Assembly (NCBI GenBank): GCA_049522915.1
Contig: JBEKNK010000001.1
Location: 4,052-68,051, forward strand
Length of the DNA stretch: 64,000 nt
Direction: 5' to 3'
Origin: Solirubrobacteraceae bacterium
GTDB lineage: Bacteria; Actinomycetota; Thermoleophilia; Solirubrobacterales; Solirubrobacteraceae
The notes below the pieces were generated by a model. It did no database searches. It saw only the letters and a program-made list of their open reading frames with translations, and had not been told where the DNA came from. Made by a program: the position numbers and the translations under genes. This document shows, in pieces, positions 18,777 to 28,458 of this stretch; position 1 is the stretch's first letter, and every line of letters starts with the position of its first letter.

Positions 18777-21245
18777 CTACGCCGCCGCCTGACGATCTGT
18801 CGTCGTTCCGAGGTATCTGAGGCCGTCCTGTCGAGTTCGTTCGTAGTCGCGGTAGGCGGGCGAGCGCTCGAGCGCCACGCGCCGCTGCTGGGTCATGACC
18901 ACCGCGAGGCGCTCGCGGTCGAGATCCACGAGGCCGACCTCCGTGAGGATCCGCAGCAGGCGCCCCGCCCCCTCGGGGGAAGGCGCCGTCTCACGCAGGA
19001 CCGCCTCGAGCTCCCGCCCGGCCGCGCCGCCCCGGTCGCGGAGCTTCCGGTAACAGGCGGCAAGCGAGTCGCGGAGACCGTACTCCTGCTCGTGTATGTG
19101 TGCCGCAAAGCGTAGCTCAGCCGGTCCCCATGCCAAAAACAACCGCTCTGCCCGAGCCCCCCCGCCGCAGGCGACGCCTGCGCGCGCAAGGGCGGCGGCG
19201 CCGATGGGCGGATCCAGCGCCACGACGTGCGCGAAACCTGCGCTCAGGAGGGGTTCGCGCGCCAGCGCGGCGTGAGCTGCCAGGGAGAAGCCGCCGAGGC
19301 GCGGAGCGAGGTGTCGCAGGCGCGCCGGCGCGTCAGCCACGAGCACGAGCACCGGCTCGCCGCTGGCGACAAGCCGCGTGATCAGTGAGGCGATCCCGCG
19401 GTCGCGGTGGTCGATCTCGATGCGCGAGCCCGCGCCCGCCGGCATCTGCGTCGCCTCCGGCGCGCGGCCGAACTCGGCGAGCGCCCGGCGCAGAAAGTCG
19501 GCGTCCTCGCCGAGCAACTTGATCGCCGGCGGGTCGCAGGCAGCGGCGGTGCGCAGCAGCAGCCGCGGTGCGACGACGCCCTGCCACTCGTCGCGCTCGA
19601 GCGTGAACGTCGCGTCGACGGGGGCGCCCAGCTCGACCCCGACCCGCGGGCCGCAGCCGAAGCGCACGGCGCGCGCGCGCCCGGCGCCGGAGTTGACGGT
19701 GAAGCGCGCATGGTCCTCGCGGCGCTCGCCGCCGAAGCCGACCGCATCGCTGAAGGTCGCGGCCGGCAGGAGCAGCGAGACGCCAGGATTGCCCGCCCCG
19801 AACGGGGCAAGGCGCGCCAGTTCCTCGGCGAGCGCGAGCCCGATCTCCTCGCCCGACGTGATCGCATCGACGTGTTCGGTGACGATCAGATCCCCCGGTG
19901 TGAGCACGGCCCGGGCGTGCGCGACGAACGCCTCGCGGAAGGCGTCGACGCGGTCGCACTCGATCGTGAGCCCCGCCGCGGCGCGGTGGCCGCCGTAGCG
20001 CACGAGATGGTCCGCGCCGGCGGCGAGCGCGCCCAAAAGATCAAACGACGGGATCGACCGTCCGGAGCCGGCGCCGAGGCCGTCGGGCTGCTCGGGCAGC
20101 GCGATCAGCACGGCGGGGCGATGGTGTCGCTCGGCGACGCGTGCTGCGACGATCCCGATCACCCCGGGGTGCCAGCCCGGCGCCGCCAGGACGTAGGCCG
20201 CGGCGTCGGGGTCGTCGGCTGCGAGCGCCTCCGCCTCGAAGCGGATCCTCGTCTCGATCGCCCGCCGTTCGGCGTTGCAGTGATCGAGCTCATCGGCCAG
20301 CTCCACCGCGCGTTCCTCGTCGTCGGTCAGCAGCAGCTCGAGCGCGGCGTCGGCGCGATAGAGGCGACCGGCGGCGTTGATTCGTGGTGCGAGGCGAAAC
20401 GCGAGCGAGCGCTCGTCGAGCCCCAGCGGCGCGACGCGCGCGACACTCATCAGCGCCCGAAGCCCGGGTCGTCCGGTGCTCGCCAGGGCTCGCAGGCCGG
20501 CGCGCACGAGGCGCCGGTTCTCGCCGCGCAGCGCGACCACGTCGGCCATCGTCGCGATCGCGACCAGCTCGAGGTCGGACTCGCGTTCGCCGGCGTCCAG
20601 GCCGGCGCGCTCGCGCAGTGCCTGCGCGACCTTCGCCGCAACCGCCGTCGCGCAGAGCTCCGCGCAGGGATAGCCGCAGAGCGCCGGGTGGATGACGGGG
20701 GCGTCCGGCAGCACGCCGTCGGCGCGCGGGCTGTGGTGGTCGGTCACCAGCACATCCAGGCCGCCGGCGCGGGCGGCCGCGACCTCGGCCACGGCCGTGA
20801 TCGCGCAGTCGGTCGTGACCAGCAGCCCGGTTCCACGCTCGATCAGCGCCGCAACGGTGCCGGCCGAGAGCCCGTAGCCCTCGGCCTGGCGGTCGGGCAG
20901 GTGCCAGTCGACGTCGGCTCCAAGTTCGCGCAGGACGGCGATGAGGATCGCGGTCGAGCAGACTCCGTCGCAGTCGTAGTCGCCGTGAACGGTGATCGTG
21001 GACCGCCGCTCGATGTGGCTGAGTACAAGATCGACGGCCGCGGCCATCCCGCGAAAGGCGCCGGGGCGATGTTCCTCGGAGGCGGCGAGGAACACCGCCG
21101 CCGCAACCGGGTCCCCGAGACCTCGGCGCGCGAGCACCTGCGCGAGCACGCCGCTGCAGCCGAGCTCGCGCTCCAGCGTCTCGATCGTCTCGAGCGCGAC
21201 CGTGGGGATGTCGAGGAAGACCGTGGGTTCGGGCGATTTGGCCAT
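18777..21245 (-). CDS. recJ: single-stranded-DNA-specific exonuclease RecJ
   Basis: DHH motifs (VHGDYDCDGV, VTDHH), a DHHA1 region and a long C-terminal extension. ATG at 21245 chosen. Confidence 0.85.
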   Translation of the reverse strand: MAKSPEPTVFLDIPTVALETIETLERELGCSGVLAQVLARRGLGDPVAAAVFLAASEEHRPGAFRGMAAAVDLVLSHIERRSTITVHGDYDCDGVCSTAILIAVLRELGADVDWHLPDRQAEGYGLSAGTVAALIERGTGLLVTTDCAITAVAEVAAARAGGLDVLVTDHHSPRADGVLPDAPVIHPALCGYPCAELCATAVAAKVAQALRERAGLDAGERESDLELVAIATMADVVALRGENRRLVRAGLRALASTGRPGLRALMSVARVAPLGLDERSLAFRLAPRINAAGRLYRADAALELLLTDDEERAVELADELDHCNAERRAIETRIRFEAEALAADDPDAAAYVLAAPGWHPGVIGIVAARVAERHHRPAVLIALPEQPDGLGAGSGRSIPSFDLLGALAAGADHLVRYGGHRAAAGLTIECDRVDAFREAFVAHARAVLTPGDLIVTEHVDAITSGEEIGLALAEELARLAPFGAGNPGVSLLLPAATFSDAVGFGGERREDHARFTVNSGAGRARAVRFGCGPRVGVELGAPVDATFTLERDEWQGVVAPRLLLRTAAACDPPAIKLLGEDADFLRRALAEFGRAPEATQMPAGAGSRIEIDHRDRGIASLITRLVASGEPVLVLVADAPARLRHLAPRLGGFSLAAHAALAREPLLSAGFAHVVALDPPIGAAALARAGVACGGGARAERLFLAWGPAELRFAAHIHEQEYGLRDSLAACYRKLRDRGGAAGRELEAVLRETAPSPEGAGRLLRILTEVGLVDLDRERLAVVMTQQRRVALERSPAYRDYERTRQDGLRYLGTTTDRQAAA

Positions 21246-21377
21246 CGCCGACGAGCCTACGCGGCGGTTGCGACGGAACGCCGTCGGCGGGCGACCCTCG
21301 GGGCCCCACGTGCCCCCGCCAAGCCACACGGAGGCGCGACCCCTTGGCAGAGCGGTGCGCGAAGCGCACCGCTCCTT

Positions 21378-21683
21378 TCAGCCCCCGAACGGGGTGTTCG
21401 CGATCCGCTGCGCGCCGCGTTCGCGGGCTGCGCCGATGGCATAGACGACGGCCATGCCGGCGAGGGCGCCGGGGATCGCGTAGAGAACGGTGGCGAGGTG
21501 GGTGGCGTGGCGTGCGGGGATCGCGACGCCGTGCAGCGCGAGACTGATCACGATGCCGGTCAGGATCGCTCCGGCGATCGAGGCGAGGAAGGCGCCGACG
21601 ATCCCGCCCCAGAAGCGGTCGGGCAGCCAGATCGTGTAATGCCAGAGCGCGAGACCCATGATGACCCAGGCGAGCATGCCCAT
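21378..21683 (-). CDS. small membrane protein (GlsB/YeaQ/YmgE-like)
   Basis: 101 aa with three predicted TM helices. Its ATG overlaps the secDF stop (ATGA at 21681-21685). Confidence 0.5.
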   Translation of the reverse strand: MGMLAWVIMGLALWHYTIWLPDRFWGGIVGAFLASIAGAILTGIVISLALHGVAIPARHATHLATVLYAIPGALAGMAVVYAIGAARERGAQRIANTPFGG

Positions 21684-24600
21684 CAGCGTGGCCTCCCCCG
21701 GCGACGGTTGCGTGACTTCGACGCGCCCCGCCGGCGTGCCGCGGCGTCGTCGGCGGGCATCACGACATCCTCGGGGCGCGCGTCGGCGGTCGGATCGCGC
21801 ACGGGCTCCGGCCGCGCCTCGGGCCGGGTCTCGGGGATCACCTGGGCCGTGGGCCGCGCCGCGGGCTCCGCGTGCAGGTCGCGCACCAGCTCGCGGAACT
21901 CGCCGGCCTTGACGTCCGGGCGCGGCGGCTCGGTCAGGCGCCGGCGCGGACGGCGGCCGCTCGCGTCGACGTCGACCTCGCGCGCGGCCGCGCCGACCGT
22001 CGCGTAGGCCGGCACGACGCCGCCGTTCTCGGCCGCGATCCGCGCCCGCCGGCGACGGTACACGGGCTCGCGCTCCTTCCAGTGCGTCAGCACCGGCGAG
22101 GCGATGAAGATCGACGAGTACGCACCCGAGGCCACGCCGACCAGCAGCGCGAAGGCGAAATCCTTCAGCGTCGAGCCGCCGAAGAACAGCAGCGCCAGGA
22201 TCGGCAGCAGCGTGCACAGGCTCGTCGCCAGCGAGCGCGTCAGCACCTCCGACATCGAGCGATTGACGATCTGCGAGAACGCGGCGTTCTGCATCTTCGC
22301 GACGTTCTCGCGCACCCGGTCGAACACGATGATCGTGTCGTACATGGAGTAACCCAAGATCGTCAGCAGGGCCGCCACCGTGTCGGCCGTCACCTGCCTC
22401 CCGGTGAGCGCGTACACGCCGGCCGTGATCAACAGGTCATGCATCAGCGCGATCATCACCGGCACCGCGTATTTCCACTGGAAACGCAACGCGATGTAGG
22501 CCGCGATCGCGAGCAGCGCCGCGACGATCGCGACCGCCGCGCTGTCGGCGACCGTCTTGCCGAAACTCGGCCCGACGGTGTTCTCGCTGAAGGACGTGAT
22601 GCCGTAGCGCGCGTTCAGCAGGCCGTAGACCGTGCTCGTCGACGATCCCGCGCTGCCGAGCTGCGCCACCGTCAGCGTCTTGGTCGCGATCTGGAAGTTG
22701 TAGGTGGGCTTCTTGGTCTTTCCCGGGGGTGACACCTGCTGCACGACGGGCAGCCCGATCGAGGCGCCCGCGCTCTTCAGGTGCAGCGACTGCACCGCCT
22801 TGGACACATCGCTCACGCTCGCCGGGTGGGCCAACCCGACCTCGACCTGGCTGCCGGAGACGAAGTCGATGCCGAAGTTCACGCCGCGAGCGCCGATCGC
22901 GATCGCGCCGATCAGCAGGATCGTCCCCGAGAGGCTGAAGAACCACTTCGACTTGCCCATGAAGTCGAACGTCCACCGCCGCCGGCGTTCGCTCACCCCG
23001 AGCGCGCTCGGCGCCCGGATGAACCGCGTGTGCCCCATCGTCGAGAGGATCGCCCGCGTCGCCGCCACGGCCGTGAACAGCGAGACCAGCACGCCCATGC
23101 CGAGCGTCAGCGCGAAGCCCTGCACATCGGACTGGGAGAGGATGAAGAGGATGAACGCCGCCATGAAGGTGACGACGTTCGCGTCGATGATCGCGCTGAA
23201 GCCGCGGCGGTAGCCGGCGGTGATCGCGTTCAACGGCGAGCGCCCGGCGCGCGACTCCTCCTTGACGCGTTCGAAGATCACCACGTTCGCATCCGCCGCC
23301 ACGCCGATCGTCAGGATCAGCCCCGCGATGCCCGGCAGCGTCAGCGTGACCGGGACCAGCTTGATCAGCGCGTAGAGATACAGCGAGTAGATCGCCAGCG
23401 CGCTGACCGCGATCACACCCAGGACGCGATAGAAGACGAGCAGGAACAGGGCGACCAGCGCCAACCCGACCAGGCCGGCTATCAGCCCCTGGTTGAGCGC
23501 CTGGTGGCCGAGCGTCGGGGTGATCAGCTCCGAGGAGATCTCGTCGAGCTTGACCGGCAGGGCACCGCTCGCCATCACGTTGGCGAGCGTGTTCGCGGTG
23601 GCGTAGGTGAAGCCGCCCGTGATCTCCGAGCCGTTGGATGCGTCGATGCCGAACGGGTACTGGCTGAAGTTGATCGACGGGACCGTCACCAGCGCGCCGT
23701 CGAGCGTGACCGCGAAGTGCTGCAGGTTCGGGTTGGCGAGCGAGACCGAGTTGTTCTTGCCGCGATTCGCGAGCACCGCCGTCACGTTCGTGAAGACGCT
23801 CGCCCCGTTGCCCTTGAAGCCGAAACTGACGGCGATCCCCTGCGTCGGGTCGGTGGTGACCTGCGGGCTGGAGACGTCCGAACCCGTCAGCTTCACGTTG
23901 TCCGCGAGCACGTAGTAGTCGTTTGGCACGAGCACCTCGGGCGCGCTCGTGGCCTGCACGAGCACGGTCCCCGGCTGCACCACGACGAGCCGCGCGCCGG
24001 CCGGCAGCTTGACGTGCTTCTGTACGAGGTCGGCGTCCAGCAGCGCCTTGGTCGGCTCCGGCCCGTTGGGCGCGTAGACCGTCTGGGTCTTCGCGTCGAC
24101 GTAGTAATAGACGGGCACGGGCGAGGATTCGATCGCGAAGCAGCGCGTCTTCTTCGCGCGCAGCGCCGGCGTGCAGGTCGGCACCGCGGGCTCCTTGGAC
24201 GCGCGGATCACGGCGGCGTAGTAGGTGATCCCGCACGCGGGCCCGCCGGGGGCCTCGGTCGTGCCGTCGCAGGTCACGGACGGGTCGTTGGGGCCGGCGA
24301 CCTTGCCACTTGGGCCGATCACGCTGTCCTCCCAGTCGTAGAAGAACAGCTGGCCGGCCACGCCGACGACCTTCGCCGCCTGCGCCGTGTTCTGGACGTC
24401 GGGGAGGTCGACGGTGATCTCGTCGCCGCCGTAGGCGGTGATCGACACGCCGCTCACGCCGAGTGTGTCGCTGCGCGAGCGCATCACGTTGATCGCGTCG
24501 CCCAGCTGCGTCGAGTTGACCGGCTTGCCCGACGTCGTGCGCGCGTCGTAGATCAGCTGGGTGCCGCCCTTCAGGTCGAGCCCGAGGCGGGTCTTCGACG

Positions 24601-24700
24601 CCTTGACGACGCCGGGGATGCCGACCACGATCACCAGCGACGCCAGCACGAGCGCCGCGACGACGGCGAGCACGAAGGCGTGGCGGAAGCGTTCGCTCAT
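21683..24700 (-). CDS. secDF: fused protein translocase subunit SecDF
   Basis: 1005 aa. SecD periplasmic domain and 6 TM helices, followed by SecF (second 6 TM) in one frame. Arg/Pro-rich C-terminal tail of ~130 aa. Confidence 0.9.
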   Translation of the reverse strand: MSERFRHAFVLAVVAALVLASLVIVVGIPGVVKASKTRLGLDLKGGTQLIYDARTTSGKPVNSTQLGDAINVMRSRSDTLGVSGVSITAYGGDEITVDLPDVQNTAQAAKVVGVAGQLFFYDWEDSVIGPSGKVAGPNDPSVTCDGTTEAPGGPACGITYYAAVIRASKEPAVPTCTPALRAKKTRCFAIESSPVPVYYYVDAKTQTVYAPNGPEPTKALLDADLVQKHVKLPAGARLVVVQPGTVLVQATSAPEVLVPNDYYVLADNVKLTGSDVSSPQVTTDPTQGIAVSFGFKGNGASVFTNVTAVLANRGKNNSVSLANPNLQHFAVTLDGALVTVPSINFSQYPFGIDASNGSEITGGFTYATANTLANVMASGALPVKLDEISSELITPTLGHQALNQGLIAGLVGLALVALFLLVFYRVLGVIAVSALAIYSLYLYALIKLVPVTLTLPGIAGLILTIGVAADANVVIFERVKEESRAGRSPLNAITAGYRRGFSAIIDANVVTFMAAFILFILSQSDVQGFALTLGMGVLVSLFTAVAATRAILSTMGHTRFIRAPSALGVSERRRRWTFDFMGKSKWFFSLSGTILLIGAIAIGARGVNFGIDFVSGSQVEVGLAHPASVSDVSKAVQSLHLKSAGASIGLPVVQQVSPPGKTKKPTYNFQIATKTLTVAQLGSAGSSTSTVYGLLNARYGITSFSENTVGPSFGKTVADSAAVAIVAALLAIAAYIALRFQWKYAVPVMIALMHDLLITAGVYALTGRQVTADTVAALLTILGYSMYDTIIVFDRVRENVAKMQNAAFSQIVNRSMSEVLTRSLATSLCTLLPILALLFFGGSTLKDFAFALLVGVASGAYSSIFIASPVLTHWKEREPVYRRRRARIAAENGGVVPAYATVGAAAREVDVDASGRRPRRRLTEPPRPDVKAGEFRELVRDLHAEPAARPTAQVIPETRPEARPEPVRDPTADARPEDVVMPADDAAARRRGASKSRNRRRGRPR

Positions 24701-24718
24701 CGGGGCATCATCGGCCGC

Positions 24719-25168
24719 TCAGCGGGACGGCGTGAGCACGAGCAGCAGCCCGCCGTCGTCGTCATACGCAGGGAAGAGATCCGCGGTCGCCGAGGCGGAG
24801 AGATCGGAGTCGGTGCGCAGCGTCGCCGGCTTTCCGAGTGCTCTGACGCCCCACTCGAGCACGGTGCTGACGTGGTCGATGCCGTTCTCGAAGCTCAGGC
24901 CGAGCGCCTGCGTCAGCGGCTGGCCGACGACCTCCTCCTCCTCGTAGCCGGTCAGCTCGAAGGAGCCGCGGCCGCAGCCGATCACCCGGCCCTCGCGGTC
25001 GGCGACGAAGAACGCCGCGTCGGGGGCGGGGTAATAGTCGTCAAGCAGCTCGAAGAGGAACGAGAAGCCGCAGTTCGAGCAGCCCCGGTCCTCCCGGCGA
25101 AACGCCTCGTAGCGGTCGGACGCGAGCGAGCGCTCGCCGCAGTTGGGACAGATGAACGGGTGCGCCAT
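24719..25168 (-). CDS. zinc-ribbon plus PAS domain protein
   Basis: 149 aa. CPNCG...CSNCG ribbon, then FFVADREGRVIGCGRGSFELTGYEEEEVVGQPL, a PAS-type pattern. Confidence 0.55.
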   Translation of the reverse strand: MAHPFICPNCGERSLASDRYEAFRREDRGCSNCGFSFLFELLDDYYPAPDAAFFVADREGRVIGCGRGSFELTGYEEEEVVGQPLTQALGLSFENGIDHVSTVLEWGVRALGKPATLRTDSDLSASATADLFPAYDDDGGLLLVLTPSR

Positions 25169-25275
25169 GGACTGTTGACAGCCTACAGGCGCGGCAGCGG
25201 TGAGCGGTCCGGGGTCCCCGCGCTCCCGCGCGGGCGAGGCGGGCCCGCCCGCGCGGGGCCGATGCACCCGCGCGC

Positions 25276-26295
25276 TCAAAACAGTGCCGGCGCTGCGCTG
25301 GGAAGCTCGAGGTCCAGGTGCGCGTAGGCGTGCTCGGTCGCGATCCGTCCTCGCGCGGTCCGCTTGAGCATGCCGAGCTGCAGCAGGTAGGGCTCGTAGA
25401 CGTCCTCGATCGTGTCGCGCTCCTCCCCGACCGCCACCGACAGCGTGGAGAGCCCGACCGGCCCGCCGGCGAACTTCTCGCAGATCGCGCGAAGGATCGC
25501 GCGGTCGAGCCGGTCCAGCCCGAGCTCGTCGACCTCCATCAGGCCGAGCGCCGCGTGGGCGACGCTCGCCGTCACGGTGCCGGCGCCGCGCACCTCGGCG
25601 TAGTCGCGGGTCCGTTTGAGCAGGCGGTTGGCGACGCGCGGCGTGCCCCGGCTGCGGCTGGCAATGGCGTGGGCGCCGCCCTCGTCGAGTGAGACCTCCA
25701 GGATCGCCGCGGCGCGCACGACGATCGCCGCAAGCTCGTCGGTCGAGTAGGGCTCCAGGCGCGCCGGGATGCCGAAGCGGTCGCGCAGCGGCGTGGTCAG
25801 CAGCCCGGCCCGGGTCGTCGCGCCGATCAGCGTGAACGGCGGCAGCTCGAGCGTGACGACGCGCGCGCCGGCGCCCGCCCCGACGGTGATCGGCAGCCGG
25901 CGGTCCTCCATCGCCGGGTAGAAGGTTTCCTCGAGCGCCCGCGGCAGGCGGTGGATCTCATCGACGAAGAAGACGCTGCGCGGCTCGAGCGAGGTCAGAA
26001 ACGACGCGATGTCCCCCTTTCGCTCGAGCGCCGGTCCGGCGGTCGCGACGAACGCCACGCCCAACTCCGCCGCCACGATCTGCGCGAGCGACGTCTTGCC
26101 GAGCCCGGGCGGGCCGGCGAGCAGCACGTGGTCGAGCGCCTCCCCGCGCGCCCTGGCCGCCTCGATCGCGACCGACAGCTGCTCCTTCAGCTGCGACTGC
26201 CCGACGAACTCATCAAGGCGCCGCGGGCGCAGCGTGCGCTCGAATTCGTCCTCCGGCGCCAGGTAGGGCGTCTGGATGCGTTCGGGTCCGCTCAC
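25276..26295 (-). CDS. ruvB: Holliday junction branch migration ATPase RuvB
   Basis: [12 protein letters not shown], Walker [21 protein letters not shown] start overlaps the ruvA stop (GTGA). Confidence 0.95.
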   Translation of the reverse strand: MSGPERIQTPYLAPEDEFERTLRPRRLDEFVGQSQLKEQLSVAIEAARARGEALDHVLLAGPPGLGKTSLAQIVAAELGVAFVATAGPALERKGDIASFLTSLEPRSVFFVDEIHRLPRALEETFYPAMEDRRLPITVGAGAGARVVTLELPPFTLIGATTRAGLLTTPLRDRFGIPARLEPYSTDELAAIVVRAAAILEVSLDEGGAHAIASRSRGTPRVANRLLKRTRDYAEVRGAGTVTASVAHAALGLMEVDELGLDRLDRAILRAICEKFAGGPVGLSTLSVAVGEERDTIEDVYEPYLLQLGMLKRTARGRIATEHAYAHLDLELPSAAPALF

Positions 26296-26891
26296 CGCTG
26301 CGCCGCTCCACGACGCGTCGCCCGCAGCGCGTCCGCCAGCAGCTCCTCGGCGCTCTCCCCATCGGCCTGGGCGAGCAGCGCCTCGGTCTCGCCCGCCGTG
26401 AAGCCGAGCTCCAGCAGTCCCTCGCGCGCGAGCTCGCGCGGCGCGTCCTCCGCGCCGGCGCGCCGCAGCACGATGCCCTCGCCGATCGCCGCGCCGACCT
26501 TCTCGCGCAACTCGACGATGATCCGCTCGGCGGTTCGCTTGCCGACCCCCGGGACGGATTGGAAGAAGCGGGCGTCGCCCGCGGCGATCGCGCCGAGCAC
26601 GGCGCTCAGCGGCCCGGCGCCGAGCACCGCGAGGGCGAGCTTCGGTCCGACCGCCTGCACGCCGAGCAGGGCGAGGAAGAGGTCGCGCTCGGGGGCGGCC
26701 GCGAAGCCGACCAGCACGAGCGCGTCGTCGCGGACGATCAGGTGGGTGTGCAGCGTGGCCTCGGCGCCGAGCGGGCCAAGCGCGCCCAGCGTCTGCGTGG
26801 AGACCGCGAGGCGGTAGCCGACGCCGCCGCACATCACCGTCACATGGTCGCCCTCGCGCTCCACCAGCTCGCCGCGGATCATCGCGATCAT
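26292..26891 (-). CDS. ruvA: Holliday junction DNA helicase subunit RuvA
   Basis: [11 protein letters not shown]... and the HhH motif [15 protein letters not shown] overlaps the ruvC stop (ATGA). Confidence 0.9.
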   Translation of the reverse strand: MIAMIRGELVEREGDHVTVMCGGVGYRLAVSTQTLGALGPLGAEATLHTHLIVRDDALVLVGFAAAPERDLFLALLGVQAVGPKLALAVLGAGPLSAVLGAIAAGDARFFQSVPGVGKRTAERIIVELREKVGAAIGEGIVLRRAGAEDAPRELAREGLLELGFTAGETEALLAQADGESAEELLADALRATRRGAAQR

Positions 26892-27391
26892 CGCGCGGCC
26901 GCCGCCTCGATCGATTGCGCGAGCGGCGCGTGGTTGGCGTGGCAGATCGCGACCGCCAGGGCGTCGCTGCAATGGTCGGCGAAGGGAACCTCCGGCAGCG
27001 ACAGCAGCGCCGCGACCATCCGTGCCACCTGGTCCTTCGGCGCCCGCCCGTTCCCGCAGACCGCGCCCTTGACCTGCTGGGGGGTGTAGGAGAAGCATTC
27101 GACGCGCTGCTGCCCGGCGCACAGCAGGGCGACGCCGCGCGCCTGCCCGACCGCGAACGCGGTGCGCACGTTCTGCCCGAAGTAGAGCGCCTCGAGCGCG
27201 ACGGCGGTCGGCGCGTGCTCCTCGAGCAGCGCGCTCAACGCCTCGTGCAGCTGACCAAGGCGCCGCTCGGCGCTGAGCGTGGGCGCCGTCGCAACGACAC
27301 CGCCGTCGAGCGCGACGAGCCGCCCGTCGCGGCGCGCGACGACGCCGTAACCGGTGTTCGCGAGCCCCGGGTCGATTCCAAGCACGATCAT
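26888..27391 (-). CDS. ruvC: crossover junction endodeoxyribonuclease RuvC
   Basis: [18 protein letters not shown]... and the [14 protein letters not shown] catalytic pattern. 167 aa. Confidence 0.9.
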   Translation of the reverse strand: MIVLGIDPGLANTGYGVVARRDGRLVALDGGVVATAPTLSAERRLGQLHEALSALLEEHAPTAVALEALYFGQNVRTAFAVGQARGVALLCAGQQRVECFSYTPQQVKGAVCGNGRAPKDQVARMVAALLSLPEVPFADHCSDALAVAICHANHAPLAQSIEAAAAR

Positions 27392-27453
27392 CGCTCCGGC
27401 CTGATTCTCCGCGCAGGACCGGACGCCTGCCTGGCGCGACGACCCCAGTGGGC

Positions 27454-27612
27454 CGTCCAGGCACGTTCGCCCCGAAATGGCGGATCCCGGATGCCGCCTG
27501 GCAGCGTCCTCAGTCGCAGCAAGGCAACCAGCCTTGCTCGCTCCCTGCGTCCTCGCCAGTCGACCCCGGGACCTCGCCACAAGCTCCGTTGCAGGCCCAA
27601 CGTGCCTGGACG
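27454..27612. repeat. 159-nt element bounded by a perfect 14-bp inverted repeat in the yebC-ruvC spacer
   Basis: CGTCCAGGCACGTT (27454-27467) is the exact reverse complement of AACGTGCCTGGACG (27599-27612). Internal hairpins include GCAAGGC-AACCA-GCCTTGC. Confidence 0.6.
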
Positions 27613-27621
27613 ACCCTCCGC

Positions 27622-28371
27622 CTACCCGACGACCTTCTCGAGGATCTCCTCGGACACTTCGAAGTTGGCGTGGACCGCGCCGACGTCGTCGTTGTCCTCG
27701 AGCGCCTCGATCAGCTTGAACAGTCTCAGCGCACTGTGTTCGTCGAGCTCGACGCGCGTGCTCGGCCGCTGGATCACCTCGGCGCTCTCGATCTCGATCC
27801 CCGCAGCCTCGATCGCGGCACGCACGGCCGAGAGGTCGCTCGGCGCGGTGATCACCTCGAGCGAGTCCTCGTCGGCCACGATGTCCTCGGCTCCCGCCTC
27901 GACGGCGACCAGCAGGTCGTCCTCGCCGTAGCGTGCGCCGTCCACGATCACGACGCCCCGCTTCTCGAACAGGTAGGAGACGCTGCCCGGCTCGCCGAGG
28001 TTGCCGCCGTTCTTTGAGAGCAGGTGTCGCACGTCGGCGCCCGTGCGGTTGCGGTTCTCGGTGTAGGCCTCGATCAGCAGCGCCACGCCGCCGGGGCCGT
28101 AGCCCTCGTAGAGGACCGTCTCGATCGCCTCGGCGTCGGCGCCCGCGCCGGTGCCCTTGGCGATCGCGCGCTCGATGTTGTCCTTGGGCATCGACGCGTC
28201 CTTGGCCTTCTGGACCGCGTTGTAGAGCGCCGCGTTCGCGTCCACGTCCCCGCCGCCCTCACGCGCGGCGGTCGTGATCGCGCGCGCGAGCTTCGTGAAG
28301 GCGGCACCGCGGCGGGCGTCGACGATCGCCTTCTTGTGCTTGATCCCCGCCCATTTGGAATGTCCGGACAT
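27622..28371 (-). CDS. YebC/PmpR family DNA-binding transcriptional regulator
   Basis: MSGHSKWAGIKHKKA... canonical YebC N-terminus. 249 aa. Confidence 0.95.
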   Translation of the reverse strand: MSGHSKWAGIKHKKAIVDARRGAAFTKLARAITTAAREGGGDVDANAALYNAVQKAKDASMPKDNIERAIAKGTGAGADAEAIETVLYEGYGPGGVALLIEAYTENRNRTGADVRHLLSKNGGNLGEPGSVSYLFEKRGVVIVDGARYGEDDLLVAVEAGAEDIVADEDSLEVITAPSDLSAVRAAIEAAGIEIESAEVIQRPSTRVELDEHSALRLFKLIEALEDNDDVGAVHANFEVSEEILEKVVG

Positions 28372-28458
28372 GCACGGATTCTACGAGGGCGAGGAGTCGG
28401 CCACGTTGGCGGCGCCCACGCCCGTGCGCGGCCAGCTCACCGCATAGCATGCGCGCAG

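Noticed and set aside
19407-22007. Very long plus-strand ORFs antisense to recJ, secDF, relA, GH2, thrC-like and PMM. Examples are 19407-22007 (866 aa), 22781-25327 (848 aa), 17182-18792 (536 aa), 50071-52221 (716 aa), 13219-14556 and 28381-29709.
   Set aside because: They are mirror-frame artefacts typical of >70% GC DNA. Their composition is Arg/Asp/His/Gly-rich with no recognisable motifs. Each lies exactly opposite a gene with strong family signatures.
21257-22217. 279-aa ORF 21378-22217 as a single protein.
   Set aside because: Only the last 101 codons encode a plausible three-TM protein starting at the ATGA overlap with secDF. The upstream part is an out-of-frame read of the secDF 3' end.
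27392-27621. LexA/SOS box upstream of ruvC.
   Set aside because: No TCGAAC-N4-GTTCGA-like palindrome is present in the spacer. Only an isolated GTTCG inside the 14-bp inverted repeat was found.
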